DNA of 64,000 nt from Candidatus Aenigmatarchaeota archaeon (GCA_016198755.1 JACQIB010000004.1:1-64000); one strand, 5' to 3'; shown: positions 1-10,114, counted from the stretch's first letter. Notes: generated by a model not told the origin, from the sequence alone. Program-made: numbers and translations.

Positions 1-429
1 CGCTGCCGGTTTAGCTGGAGTAGCTGCTGTTGGAGTTGGTTATGCTGCTCTTAGAAACTCCAACAATAGAAAATATGGAAACTCCTCTGCCGGCCCCGGA
101 GAAAGATTAAAAACTTTCTGGAACAATGTTGCAAAAGAGGAAAAGTATTATAATGAAGTTAGGGTTCCTGAAATAAATAAAAGGCAGGCTGAGATTGAAT
201 CTATTATAAAGGGGTTTCAGGAACAGGCTAGGAAGAAGAAAGAGAAGGAAGAACTGGAGAAGGTTGCTGAGCAGGTTGCCTGGGTGAATAAGCTGGCTGG
301 TTCAGGGAAATTATCTACTATGGAGGCTGCTAAGGAGTTGAGAGTTTTATCTGGGAGCGCTGGGATTGGGTATGAGAACTCCCAGAAACTGAGAAGCATG
401 AGCAATAAATTTTTAGAGATAGCAGAGGA
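1..429 (+). repeat. Junction repeat, copy 1 (TM + charged helix of the P-family)
   Basis: Reverse complement of 18443-18871, identical over 1-126 and 311-390. Bases 71-370 also match 7680-7979. Confidence 0.95.
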
Positions 430-3226
430 GAATGATAACAGGCAGAAACCTGTTAAAGAATTGCAGAATATTATGGAACTATATAAATCCGGAAAGCTCT
501 CTGCTGAGGATCTGGCAGCAAAGCTCTATAAACTTTCTAAAAATCCTTACCTGAGCTCTGAGTTAAAGGGTGAGATACTTGGAATAAGAGAGGAGATTTT
601 GAAGGCGCTGAGAGAACAGGGGAGAGGAAAAGAGCTCTCTATGGAACCCGATATAGAAAGTGTAAATCAACCCAGTATTCTGGGGGGTATAACAGGTGCG
701 GTTACTGGCTTTGGAAGCTGGGTGGGAAACGGGATAAACTGGCTTGCAAACAATGTTGGCGAACCAATAAATAAGGGAATAGACTGGGCAAAGGGAAAAC
801 TCTGGGGATATGCAGGGAAAGCAATAGGTGCAGGAGCTGGGTTTGTAAACAGTTCTTTGAACCTTGTTTCTACAGTCCCGTTTGTTGGTTCATCTATAAG
901 CAATTCTATTAGAAACACTATTCTAACTTCCCTCTCTGCTATAAATTCCTCTTTAACAAGCATACAAGATTCAATCCTTTCCAAATCAGACTGGATTGAA
1001 AAGACTTCTGATAGTTTGTCTGTTGCTGGAATGGGAATGATAGGGGCTGGCACAGCATCTATGATGACTGGCTTTGGAACTCCATTTGCTTTTCCAACAA
1101 TGATTGCAGGAGCTGGCATGCTGGCTGCAGGCTCTGTAATGGATGTTTCTGTCTGGGGAGCTAAAGAGAGCGCTGGTAAAGCAAATGGATGGGACAGATT
1201 AAGGGGATTGTTTGGAGCTTTAATGTTTGTGCCCGAGATTGGGGCTGCCGGGAAGGTTGGAAGTGTAGGTAAATTGGTAAAAGGTGGAAGAATGTTGGAT
1301 GAATTATCCAATCTAAAATATATTACTAAGGTTATACAAGATGGGAAAGCATTCTACAGACCACATTACTTAAACTTTATAGATTCAGTTAGTGAAACAG
1401 CAGGCAATGCTGTTAGAGTAACAGACAATTTGATACGGAAACTATTCAATGATCAATTACTGAAAAATCCATTTCTGCGCAAGGATATAGAAATATTAAT
1501 TGAGGAATCTGGGGGGAAGAAGGTTCTTGCAGAGACATTTGTTAAAACCGGCGGCTGGTATCTTGGAAACAAAATAGAAAAAATAATATTTTACAGGAAA
1601 GCGATGGAAAAATTCATAAAAGAGATGAAGGTCGATTCTATAGAATCAATAAGAACAATAATAGACCACGAACTGGGGCATGCAGCCAGTGTGGAAAGCA
1701 GTAAGTTCTGGGAGTTTTTCGGCTTTCCTGTTTCGGTAAGAGATTGGATATTAAATAACATTGTGGCAGATCATCCTGGAGTTTTGGAAGAAATATTGAT
1801 GGGCATAAGAGCGGCTGATAATGATATGTCCAGAATAGATATTGTACATAAGATTGAGGATAGTCTAGGAGGCAAATATATGGAAAATTTTGATTTTGTT
1901 AAGCAGGCAATAAGAGAATTAGAAGGTAAAGCAGCTTCTTCTGGCGGACAGTTTAAGGAAGATTTGTTATATTCTGCCAGAAAACTTGAGGGGCTGATGG
2001 AAAAGTATAAGTTGGAAGGCAAAATATTACCTATATTGGGAGCATTGGGTTTGGGTTCTTTGTTTGGCGGGAAGAAAGATGGCAAAAGTGAAAATAATGT
2101 TGGGGGTTTTGAGGACTCTTCCCTAAAGCTCAGAAAAGATTCTCCAGAGGCTGCTAGGAGGGATGACGAATATAACTGGAAAAATATTCTGGCTGCCATT
2201 GGAGGTGTATTGGGAGCAATATTGTTGGGTGCAACAACAATAACATGTAATGGAGCATCGTTGTTATGTCCTGTATTAGAGCCCCCCATAACTGTGACAG
2301 GAACTGTTTTTGACAGTCTCCACAACCCGCTTTATTCCACAAGTGTGTTATTGCATGGTAGTGGGGATATTAATAAAACTCTTACACAACAGAGCGGTAA
2401 TTTTGATGTAATAGGTTATCATAATGGAACTATAACAGCAAAAGCGGAGCTAAAATACTTCCCCAATGGATTGAATTCCGCTGGCCCAGCAATAGAAATG
2501 CTAAAAATAAACAGCCATAATGCAGACTGGTCGGAAACACAAACTGAAACAGTTTCTAACGAGCAGCACGTAATGAATCAAACCTATACTATAGATTTCA
2601 CGTTCTCTCACGATCAGGGAGGAAATGCATATTATGGGTTGCAAAATTCTTATGATTACTGGAGAAACCACGAGACAGCAAATAGGATTTCAGCTTTCGT
2701 GAACGATCCTAGACCTGCTACAGCATATTATTGCCTCGATAAAGACAAGACATTACCTTATAAATGTACAGCAAGTAACGAAATTCACTTTTCAACTGCA
2801 TACCAGACATATGTTCTTGGACTCCACGAGTACGGTCACTCAATATCGCACAATTGGGGCCTGCCTGGTGGGCATGAAGAGCAACCAAATCCAATAGAAG
2901 AATCCTGGGCAGATTTCGTAATTGCATTGGTTCAAAATAATTCATATATAGGTGAGCCATACAATCTGGATATAAAAAATGCCAGAAATGCATCTGCATG
3001 GGGAAGGGAGTGGGCACTTGCAGGTGTAATGTGGGATTTGGAGCAGGAGAAACAGGGGGTTGTGTACGATACTTTAAAACCCAAGGATGATAAAGAAAAA
3101 ACAACTACACTGGAAATTTTGTATAATAAATTTAATAGCAAAGGCGGAATACCATCTAATGATATCTGCCGTATATTTAAAAAACATGGTTTTAATGCAA
3201 CTGCATGGGATCAAAGTTGTGTGTGA
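2..3226 (+). CDS. P1: modular membrane-anchored polymorphic effector/toxin-like protein, 5'-truncated by the window edge (TM, charged helix, Gly-rich hydrophobic region, HExxH zincin, TM, M4/M36-like gluzincin)
   Basis: Frame is open from base 2 (AAGLAGVAAVGVGYAALRNSNNRKYGNSSAGPGERLKTFW), so 284 is not the true start. HELGH at ~1667. HEYGH...IEESWADF...AGVMWDL from ~2825. 5' part near-identical to P3. Confidence 0.85.
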   Translation, partial: AAGLAGVAAVGVGYAALRNSNNRKYGNSSAGPGERLKTFWNNVAKEEKYYNEVRVPEINKRQAEIESIIKGFQEQARKKKEKEELEKVAEQVAWVNKLAGSGKLSTMEAAKELRVLSGSAGIGYENSQKLRSMSNKFLEIAEENDNRQKPVKELQNIMELYKSGKLSAEDLAAKLYKLSKNPYLSSELKGEILGIREEILKALREQGRGKELSMEPDIESVNQPSILGGITGAVTGFGSWVGNGINWLANNVGEPINKGIDWAKGKLWGYAGKAIGAGAGFVNSSLNLVSTVPFVGSSISNSIRNTILTSLSAINSSLTSIQDSILSKSDWIEKTSDSLSVAGMGMIGAGTASMMTGFGTPFAFPTMIAGAGMLAAGSVMDVSVWGAKESAGKANGWDRLRGLFGALMFVPEIGAAGKVGSVGKLVKGGRMLDELSNLKYITKVIQDGKAFYRPHYLNFIDSVSETAGNAVRVTDNLIRKLFNDQLLKNPFLRKDIEILIEESGGKKVLAETFVKTGGWYLGNKIEKIIFYRKAMEKFIKEMKVDSIESIRTIIDHELGHAASVESSKFWEFFGFPVSVRDWILNNIVADHPGVLEEILMGIRAADNDMSRIDIVHKIEDSLGGKYMENFDFVKQAIRELEGKAASSGGQFKEDLLYSARKLEGLMEKYKLEGKILPILGALGLGSLFGGKKDGKSENNVGGFEDSSLKLRKDSPEAARRDDEYNWKNILAAIGGVLGAILLGATTITCNGASLLCPVLEPPITVTGTVFDSLHNPLYSTSVLLHGSGDINKTLTQQSGNFDVIGYHNGTITAKAELKYFPNGLNSAGPAIEMLKINSHNADWSETQTETVSNEQHVMNQTYTIDFTFSHDQGGNAYYGLQNSYDYWRNHETANRISAFVNDPRPATAYYCLDKDKTLPYKCTASNEIHFSTAYQTYVLGLHEYGHSISHNWGLPGGHEEQPNPIEESWADFVIALVQNNSYIGEPYNLDIKNARNASAWGREWALAGVMWDLEQEKQGVVYDTLKPKDDKEKTTTLEILYNKFNSKGGIPSNDICRIFKKHGFNATAWDQSCV

Positions 3227-3232
3227 TTATTA

Positions 3233-3964
3233 ATGATTAAAAAATTGCTTGGAAGCACTGTTCTCGTCTCTATTATAATACTAATATTTTACATCTATCT
3301 TAATTTACAGACCGAGAGCTCTGGCTACTGGAAGCCAGATAAAGCCGAACAGGCTAAACAGCTGGAAACACTAAAACAGATTTATACAGAACGTAACAAC
3401 TGGAGTGCTAGTATAGGTCTAACAGATCATGAAATTCCGAGACGAGTAATATCTGCGGATTATAAACGTATTTATGATAGAGAACTACTCAAAATAATTG
3501 ACGAAAAAACTGCCATTAAGATGGCTACAGATATTATGCAAAACAACCACTCCTATTTTGGCGTGCCTAAAGATCTTAAGATGAAAAACGAAGTTAGAAA
3601 TATCGGTTTTGGAACTTGGGTAATAACATATGAACCACAAACTTATAAGGATTTACAGATTTGTAATGCACAGGATAGTGGTGGGATGTCAATTGATGCA
3701 GACGGTGTTATAACAGATATAGGATTTGTTTGGTATCCCAACCTGACAGCCCCCACTAGACCTAAACTGACAGATGAACAGATAGGCAAAATAGTGGGAG
3801 CACCCCTCGGATGGCTACATGATGGGAAGCTCTGTATTTTTCCCAAGTGGCACCCTGAAGGGGAATATTGGACTTACCATTTGGCAAAGGATTATGGGGG
3901 CCCTATAATAGACACATGGACAGGGGAGACTTTGAAGGAACCGAGACCTCCAATAATAGATTAA
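3233..3964 (+). CDS. Membrane-anchored stand-alone M4/M36 propeptide-like (FTP/PepSY-like) protein; candidate inhibitor/immunity protein or chaperone for P1
   Basis: N-terminal TM. ATDIMQNNHSYFGV...TWVITYEPQTYKDLQI...PTRPKLTDEQI...IIDTWTGETL resembles thermolysin-family propeptides. Starts 6 bp after the P1 stop. Confidence 0.6.
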   Translation: MIKKLLGSTVLVSIIILIFYIYLNLQTESSGYWKPDKAEQAKQLETLKQIYTERNNWSASIGLTDHEIPRRVISADYKRIYDRELLKIIDEKTAIKMATDIMQNNHSYFGVPKDLKMKNEVRNIGFGTWVITYEPQTYKDLQICNAQDSGGMSIDADGVITDIGFVWYPNLTAPTRPKLTDEQIGKIVGAPLGWLHDGKLCIFPKWHPEGEYWTYHLAKDYGGPIIDTWTGETLKEPRPPIID

Positions 3965-4513
3965 GTGATATGCATGCTGTATGTATCGAAAATGCGGAAA
4001 GATCCTATGTTTGGTTTATTGAAAAAGCTGGATATGTCACTTACCCTAAACAGTGGAAATAAAACTGAAATAAATCTGGAGTATGAAAGGGAGTGGGACT
4101 ACAATTATTGGGACTACAATATAATGTATAATGCGAGCGCTATACTGAAAGATTTTAACACTATAAAACACCCGGAGCATATACATTCTTATATTTCTAT
4201 GGAAGAAATTAAATATAAAAATGTTAAGGATAAGATAATTAAGAATCTTACATGGCCAAGGCTTATTGGGATTGGCTTCGTGCCGAATAGGCGTGAGGCG
4301 TTGGCCGCAGCAGCAATTATAGTTAAAAGCAAAGCAATGAAAGACCAACCTAATCTAAAGCCGAATTTAAGTGGTTCTGATATATGTAAAATTTTAAAAG
4401 TAAATGAGAGAAAAATTAGAAAGCTAGTTTCTTCAATGGGTGGGAAGATGCTTTTAAAATCATCCCCACGTTCATGTAAAGTATCTTCATGTAAGGTACC
4501 TACGAAGTTTTAA
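3965..4513 (+). CDS. Hypothetical protein with a TFB/TFIIB cyclin-repeat-like C-terminal HTH; start uncertain
   Basis: REALAAAAIIV...LSGSDICKILKVNERKIRK resembles the LAAAAIY...EIA...V.E.TIR pattern of TFB repeats. Confidence 0.4.
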   Translation: MICMLYVSKMRKDPMFGLLKKLDMSLTLNSGNKTEINLEYEREWDYNYWDYNIMYNASAILKDFNTIKHPEHIHSYISMEEIKYKNVKDKIIKNLTWPRLIGIGFVPNRREALAAAAIIVKSKAMKDQPNLKPNLSGSDICKILKVNERKIRKLVSSMGGKMLLKSSPRSCKVSSCKVPTKF

Positions 4514-4531
4514 CTCCCCACATCAGCCTAC

Positions 4532-4620
4532 TTTATTAGAAATAGCAAATTTACATGTATATAGCCGTTGGTAGCTCTAACCTTCCACATGTTCGTCAAT
4601 TGTACGCGAATAGATGATTA
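4532..4620 (+). repeat. Dispersed non-coding repeat R1, copy 1
   Basis: TATATAGCCGTTGGTAGCTCTAAC (4558-4581) matches the reverse complement of 15512-15535 at 23/24; shared downstream CAATTGTA. Confidence 0.8.
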
Positions 4621-4694
4621 TCCATAAGTAAGTGTCCACTCACCGCAATAGCCACTTGCTCACCTTTAAATATCTAAATACCCTAAAATCTAGA

Positions 4695-5672
4695 ATGAAA
4701 TCTATACTAAAGCTGGCTATTCCTGTTCTTGTAATAGCTGTTTTTATATCATCCATAGCTGTTGCCCAAACAACACTGGAAAAGCAAATACCAATTAAAG
4801 GAAAGTTAACAACCACAACAGGCACCCCTCTCGAGGGTAAATATAACTTTGTATTTGAAATTTTTGATGCTGCAACAGAAGGGAACTCTCTCTGGTCTGA
4901 AACAAAGCAGATATCTGTTACAAAGGGGATTTGGAGCACAAACCTTGGTTCCACAACACCTCTCCCATTCACTATAGCCACTGAAAAACAGCTCTATATT
5001 GAAATAACAGCCAACAGCAAAAAATACAGCCCTCGTTCCCCTATTTACACAGGCCTAACCTCCCGCGACCTTACTCTCCCAAACAGCATTGGAACAGCAG
5101 AGATAAAAACAGACTATGGCATTTTGAGCAAAATAACAGGCAGCCTTTTCACCCTTGTGAATAATGTTTTCAATTTTGCTGGCTCCCTTACCAGCTCAGG
5201 CACAGTAACAGCCTCTAAGCTTGTAGGCAACGCTTCTTCTGGAAACGCAATAGAAGCCTATGGCACAGTTTCAATCAAGTCCAGCCCCACTGCCCAGACC
5301 GGAACCCTGAATATTGGTTCAGGCTCCATTGCCTATACTGCAAACGCATGGACAATAACACCTGGCTTATCCACTGCAAATATACAAGACAATTCCATAA
5401 CCCGCAGCAAAGTCAGTTCTAGTTTTATTCAGGCAGGGAGTGCGACTGTGCTATCAGCTGGTAGCTTGGATATACCATTTCCAACGGCATTTGGTGGCAC
5501 ACCTAACATAGTATGCACAACACAAACAACAAACAGCTATTGCGTTGTAAAAAATCCAAGTTCTGGCACACTTTCTACTGGATTTAAAGCCAACGTTTAC
5601 ATAGACTCAGGTAGCGGTGCAACCTACCCCTCTGGTGGCATAGTGATAAACTGGATCGCAGTCGGAGCCTAA
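4695..5672 (+). CDS. Secreted fibre-like adhesin with a phage tail-fibre (gp53-like) C-terminal domain
   Basis: Signal peptide from MKSILKL (ATG 4695). N-domain GKLT..G.PL.G...F.IFDAAT.GN.LW.E...V..G.W...LG. C-terminus IQAGS...FPTAF...WIAVG. Paralog of 43266-44279. Confidence 0.7.
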   Translation: MKSILKLAIPVLVIAVFISSIAVAQTTLEKQIPIKGKLTTTTGTPLEGKYNFVFEIFDAATEGNSLWSETKQISVTKGIWSTNLGSTTPLPFTIATEKQLYIEITANSKKYSPRSPIYTGLTSRDLTLPNSIGTAEIKTDYGILSKITGSLFTLVNNVFNFAGSLTSSGTVTASKLVGNASSGNAIEAYGTVSIKSSPTAQTGTLNIGSGSIAYTANAWTITPGLSTANIQDNSITRSKVSSSFIQAGSATVLSAGSLDIPFPTAFGGTPNIVCTTQTTNSYCVVKNPSSGTLSTGFKANVYIDSGSGATYPSGGIVINWIAVGA

Positions 5673-5685
5673 ATTCTGACATTTA

Positions 5686-5706
5686 TTTACTCTCCCCGCG
5701 AGTAAA
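5686..5706. promoter_or_regulatory. Palindromic site A: TTTACTC-N7-GAGTAAA (operator or recombination site)
   Basis: Perfect 7-bp arms; related sites at 20335-20356 and 21814-21835. Confidence 0.6.
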
Positions 5707-5834
5707 ATATCCCAAACCCAGCTTTTTAACCTTTTCCGTTCCATATTATCTATGCTCAGTAGTAATACGACAGACAACGTGCAGAGGATGCCTTTTTATT
5801 CCAGAAAAACCATTTCTCTTTTGGGGTTCAGAGT
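5699..5834 (+). promoter_or_regulatory. Upstream region conserved between P2 and P3, with TATA-like TTTTTAA and TTTTTATT
   Basis: Aligns with the reverse complement of 20218-20342: GAGTAAAATA.CCCAAA.CCAG...TATCTATGC...GCCTTTTTATTCC...ATTTCTCTTTTGGGG. Confidence 0.7.
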
Positions 5835-8800
5835 ATGAACAAATTATTTTGTATAGTGGCAGCTACCCTCTTCCTTTTAACTATACCAACTGTTTCCTTT
5901 GCCCTAGATCCTTCTATACCAGACAATAATTGGAGAGTTTTTGTTTCCCATGCGTACGGGGCAATAAACCCTGGTCCAGACTGGAATAAACTAAATTATA
6001 ATGACAGTTCTTATGTTTCGGTAATTAACGGAGAAGGGTGGACAACAAAAACGAGCGGAACAGAGCCGATGGGAACCACAGGCAGCGATTCAATTTACTT
6101 TAGAAAGTGGATAGACTGGAGCGGGCAGGATTTGTGGTTGAAATCTTGGGATGGGTATGGTGGGGAGTGTTTTGTTAACGAGCAAAGGGTAGCGGAGAAG
6201 CACTTCTATCTATCCAAATACCTGAAGCCAGGGAAAAACCTGATAGCCTGCTATATTATTGGACCAGGCATGGACGGTATTATGTCTACTTTTTATGGGA
6301 ACCTTATTACAGTTTCTGATAACCAGATAGCCTGGTCCAATGACTGGACAGACTGGTATCTTACTGACAGGCCTGTTACTACAGGAACAGAGGGCAAGTA
6401 TTATTATTGCTATAATGGGAATTGCAAGGAAACGGGTTTCTGGGCCTCTGCCTGGCCCTGGTCCACCGGCGGAGGAACGGCTTTCAAGAAATCAATCTAT
6501 CTTTCTAGCACAAACAACTCTTATCTTCTGGTTGGGTCGAACGTTGGCACTGGTGGGTTCTGGTGCTCTGTAAACGGAGATTGGACAAAACCGGATTCCC
6601 TTGTAGGCTTTTCCCAAAACACACATGAAAAGTACAATTTAATTGCTGATGTTTCCACAAAAGTAAAGCCTGGCTTGAATATAGTAACCTGCTTTATCTC
6701 CACTTATTCTGAACCAAATCCCTATCCAAAGGGTTTTAAAAAGTTTGATATGAATTTTGTGCAGTTGCCCGTTAAATCTGATATAACTGGACTGGCAGAA
6801 TATTCTGTTCCGATAGATGATGCAACAATAACTGCTTTGGTTTCCGGTTCTGGCAATACTACAGTATATGCTGAGCTGTTAAAGGGAACACGGTCTATAG
6901 ATAAGATAGAAACAGATACTGTTCTGGCTGGTACAGGAACAGTTAAACTAACATTGGATGTTTCAAAGGATAAAGCTGTCCAGTCCAGCAGGAATACATG
7001 GAAATACTATGTTGTAAACCATCTCAATCCTGTTCCCAGCTCAGACTGGTATAAAATTGGTTTCGATGCAGAATCCTGGGGAGATACTGATATGCCTACA
7101 TCTGCTGGAGGAGGGCCACTATTTATAAGGAAAATATTATATTTAGAAAAGCCCATTGATATTAAACTGAAAGCATGGGAGGGATATGCTGGATATTGTT
7201 TCGTAAATGAAAACAGAGTGGAGGGGCAGAATATACAGATAGGGCAATACCTAAGGGCAGGGGAGAATGTTATTGCATGTTCAATCTGGGGTCCGGGGAG
7301 GGACGGGATAACAACAACTTTCTATGGAGAACCTGTTCTACCACCTACCTATACTGTTTTATCCAATAGTTTTGGAGATTGGTTTATTGTTAACAGCACC
7401 GAAAGTCCAATTCTTTCCCTTACTGAACCAAAAAAGTATTCTGTTAAAATAACAGCTGTTTATAATGAGTATGGGATTTCCAAATCTGCAAACTACCCAA
7501 TCGAGTTTACAGAAACCCCAATTGTTCTGCCAATAACTGGAAACCCGTTTGTTCAGGATACTGGATCGGGCGGTAACACAGGAACAAGTTCTAGTTCCAG
7601 TTCTTCTGCAATACCGCTTGCTTTAGGTTTAACAGCAGTGGGTGCTGTTGGCGCTGGGTATGTTGCTCTGAATGGAAGGAAATATGGAAACTCCTCTGCC
7701 GGCCCCGGAGAAAGATTAAAAACTTTCTGGAACAATATTGGAAAAGAGGAAAAGTATTATAATGAGATTAGGCTACCTGAAATAAATAAAAGGCAGGCAG
7801 AGATTGAGTCTATTATAAAAGGGTTTCAGGAACAGGCTAAAAGAAAGAAAGAAGCGGAGGAACTGGAGAAGGTTGCTCAGCAGGTTGCTTGGGTGAATAA
7901 ACTGGCCGGCTCTGGAAAGTTATCCACTATTGAGGCTGCTAAGGAGTTTAGGTTATTGGCTGGGACTGCTGGGATTGGGGCTGGAGCTTCCAGCGCTCTC
8001 TGGCAGGCTAGCTCAAATTTATTGGAGGAACAAACCGTCAAACCCCCAAAAAATAACCAGAGCTACCTATACTCCACATCATCTACTACAGCAGTCTATG
8101 ATCCATATTTGGAACAAGGCCCCACAAGTGCAGAATACCTGTCGAGCGGAATCAATTGGTTTGTTAATGCCATGTGGGATAAGTTTGACTGGGTTACTGG
8201 GAAAGCAACAGGATTTGCAAAGGATGTTTACAATACTCTAAAGCCACTTCCGCTAATAGGTCCACTTGTAAGCTGGGCTGGTCCTCCAGTAGCCGGCACT
8301 GTTTATTGGGCATATGATACGGCGGACAATTACATATATGCTAACAGGAATACTATAGCCGGGGTTAGTGTTGGGCTTAGCGTGACTGGGATAGGGTTTA
8401 TGGTCATTAGCATGGCTGCTGCCCCTGAGGCTGGAGCAGCGGCTGGGCCTTATGGGCTTGCATTTGACACTAGTTTGTTTGCTATCGGAGCTATAGCAAC
8501 TGCAGCTGGGGGTGTTATAGATGTGGCTCTTGGAAATTCCTATCTCAGAAGAAAGGAGAGAGTAGAGGGTACTGTACTTTTGATTAGCGGTTTCATGAGC
8601 TTTATACCTAGTGGGGCAGTAGAGAGAAAAGGACTGGAAATTATTGCAGAAAATACACTGAAACAGATTGGAAAAGAGGGTTCTGTAAGGCTTGTCAGTA
8701 GATGGGGGAAATATGCAGAATGGGCTGCACTATACCTGAAACATAACGGGAGGGCTGTTACAGAGGAGGAGATAGAAATGCTTGTCAAGAGCCGCATAGG

Positions 8801-9617
8801 GTATTTGAAAACCCTGAACAATCCGGAGCTGAATGCAAAAATAGCTCAGTTGGATACAATGGATCCGTTTATGACTCCGGCTAGGAGAAAATTGTTGCTG
8901 GAGGATGTGTTTGAGAGTGATATGACCATAAACATAATTGGAAATATAGACGAGTCTATTTTGAAGGGTATATCTAATAAATACGGACACGACGTTGCAG
9001 AGTTGATAAGGCTTGACGCTAAAACAATGGGAAGGAAGCTTACAGAGGCTGAGGTGAATATTCATGCGAGATCACTCAACTATTTATTAAAAAATGGGTT
9101 TCAGATAAATGAAGTTGAAAGATTCTTGTCAAATCAGATGAGTAGTGCCGAAAGAAAAGTATTTTTAGAAAAGGTAAAACCATTAGAGAACACCATAGAA
9201 GAAATAAGAAATCCAGCCTTTACAAAAACTCCAGATAAGATTTTCGGTAATGTTATAATAGAAGAAAAAGCTATTACAAAAGAAGGACTTATTATTAGAG
9301 ACGTAGAAGATTTGATGAATGAATTAAAAGGTGCGAGGGAACAACTAAAACCAAATGAAGCAGCTATAGGTAAAGCTTATAATAAGCCTATATATGTTAC
9401 AGATGGTTATCATAAGATTATAAGCTATGATGCTAGGAAAGGTATATGGAAAGCCAATACAAACAATTTTATAGCTGATATGAGAGGGTTTTTAGAAGAT
9501 ACACGTGCTCAGCATATAGATGAAATATATATAACTATAAAAGAAAACAATATAGAAAAGACATTTCGTGTATTTAGAGGTATTAGAAGAGAAGTGTTGT
9601 CTGAGGTGATTGTATAA
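5835..9617 (+). CDS. P2: polymorphic toxin-like protein (signal peptide, galactose-binding-like jelly rolls, NPFVQD-TM junction, hydrophobic region, C-terminal PD-(D/E)xK-like nuclease)
   Basis: Signal peptide. YFRK...CFVNE...YLKPGKNLIAC repeats. NPFVQDTG...AIPLALG TM at ~7542-7670. TPDKIFGNVIIEEK at 9228-9269. Stop overlaps the next start (TAATG). Confidence 0.8.
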   Translation: MNKLFCIVAATLFLLTIPTVSFALDPSIPDNNWRVFVSHAYGAINPGPDWNKLNYNDSSYVSVINGEGWTTKTSGTEPMGTTGSDSIYFRKWIDWSGQDLWLKSWDGYGGECFVNEQRVAEKHFYLSKYLKPGKNLIACYIIGPGMDGIMSTFYGNLITVSDNQIAWSNDWTDWYLTDRPVTTGTEGKYYYCYNGNCKETGFWASAWPWSTGGGTAFKKSIYLSSTNNSYLLVGSNVGTGGFWCSVNGDWTKPDSLVGFSQNTHEKYNLIADVSTKVKPGLNIVTCFISTYSEPNPYPKGFKKFDMNFVQLPVKSDITGLAEYSVPIDDATITALVSGSGNTTVYAELLKGTRSIDKIETDTVLAGTGTVKLTLDVSKDKAVQSSRNTWKYYVVNHLNPVPSSDWYKIGFDAESWGDTDMPTSAGGGPLFIRKILYLEKPIDIKLKAWEGYAGYCFVNENRVEGQNIQIGQYLRAGENVIACSIWGPGRDGITTTFYGEPVLPPTYTVLSNSFGDWFIVNSTESPILSLTEPKKYSVKITAVYNEYGISKSANYPIEFTETPIVLPITGNPFVQDTGSGGNTGTSSSSSSSAIPLALGLTAVGAVGAGYVALNGRKYGNSSAGPGERLKTFWNNIGKEEKYYNEIRLPEINKRQAEIESIIKGFQEQAKRKKEAEELEKVAQQVAWVNKLAGSGKLSTIEAAKEFRLLAGTAGIGAGASSALWQASSNLLEEQTVKPPKNNQSYLYSTSSTTAVYDPYLEQGPTSAEYLSSGINWFVNAMWDKFDWVTGKATGFAKDVYNTLKPLPLIGPLVSWAGPPVAGTVYWAYDTADNYIYANRNTIAGVSVGLSVTGIGFMVISMAAAPEAGAAAGPYGLAFDTSLFAIGAIATAAGGVIDVALGNSYLRRKERVEGTVLLISGFMSFIPSGAVERKGLEIIAENTLKQIGKEGSVRLVSRWGKYAEWAALYLKHNGRAVTEEEIEMLVKSRIGYLKTLNNPELNAKIAQLDTMDPFMTPARRKLLLEDVFESDMTINIIGNIDESILKGISNKYGHDVAELIRLDAKTMGRKLTEAEVNIHARSLNYLLKNGFQINEVERFLSNQMSSAERKVFLEKVKPLENTIEEIRNPAFTKTPDKIFGNVIIEEKAITKEGLIIRDVEDLMNELKGAREQLKPNEAAIGKAYNKPIYVTDGYHKIISYDARKGIWKANTNNFIADMRGFLEDTRAQHIDEIYITIKENNIEKTFRVFRGIRREVLSEVIV
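7680..7979 (+). repeat. Junction repeat, copy 2
   Basis: Matches 71-370 directly and ~18502-18801 in inverted orientation. Confidence 0.9.
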
Positions 9618-10114
9618 TGTCTTACGATTTGATTTTTAAATTTAAATTTTATAGAAACGCGGTAGTAGATGTAGAGCAAATCATAAAAATTATTCTATCT
9701 GTTTTCCCCATAAAATTTACAAAATCCCCAGAATATATCGTTGTGTATTACGATGAAAAGTTTTGTAAGGACTTTCACATAAATTCTGAAAAGTATCTAT
9801 TTGAGCGGATAAATGAAGTTAAAAACCTCGGTTTAATTAGGGAGGTTGGTTTTGGATGTAGACTGTTAGGTAGACATTTTGATATAGATATTACAAAATA
9901 CAAACTTGGAGACAACATTAACAGCAATGTTTTCTTGTCGTCTGTCTCTAAGGCGTGGATTAAAGCTCCAATAGAAGAAAAGAAACAGTTTAATAACATG
10001 CTGAGAGTGTTAGAGAAAAGGCTTAAACCCGAAATTAAATCTCTAGACAATGATATAGCAAAGTATATGTTGGATAAAGTAGATAAGAACGGATTTATAA
10101 TAAAGCAAAGATAG
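9617..10114 (+). CDS. Probable immunity protein for P2
   Basis: 165 aa, AT-rich, 1-bp overlap with the P2 stop, no signal peptide. Confidence 0.65.
   Translation: MSYDLIFKFKFYRNAVVDVEQIIKIILSVFPIKFTKSPEYIVVYYDEKFCKDFHINSEKYLFERINEVKNLGLIREVGFGCRLLGRHFDIDITKYKLGDNINSNVFLSSVSKAWIKAPIEEKKQFNNMLRVLEKRLKPEIKSLDNDIAKYMLDKVDKNGFIIKQR

Noticed and set aside
217-405. Antisense ORFs such as 217-405 and 18338-18655 with matching translations
   Set aside because: Shadows of the junction repeat on the opposite strand of real genes; the many other antisense ORFs in the track were rejected likewise.
5752-5838. 28-codon uORF overlapping the P2 start (ATGA)
   Set aside because: The equivalent ATG in P3 is in a different frame relationship; no support for a conserved peptide.
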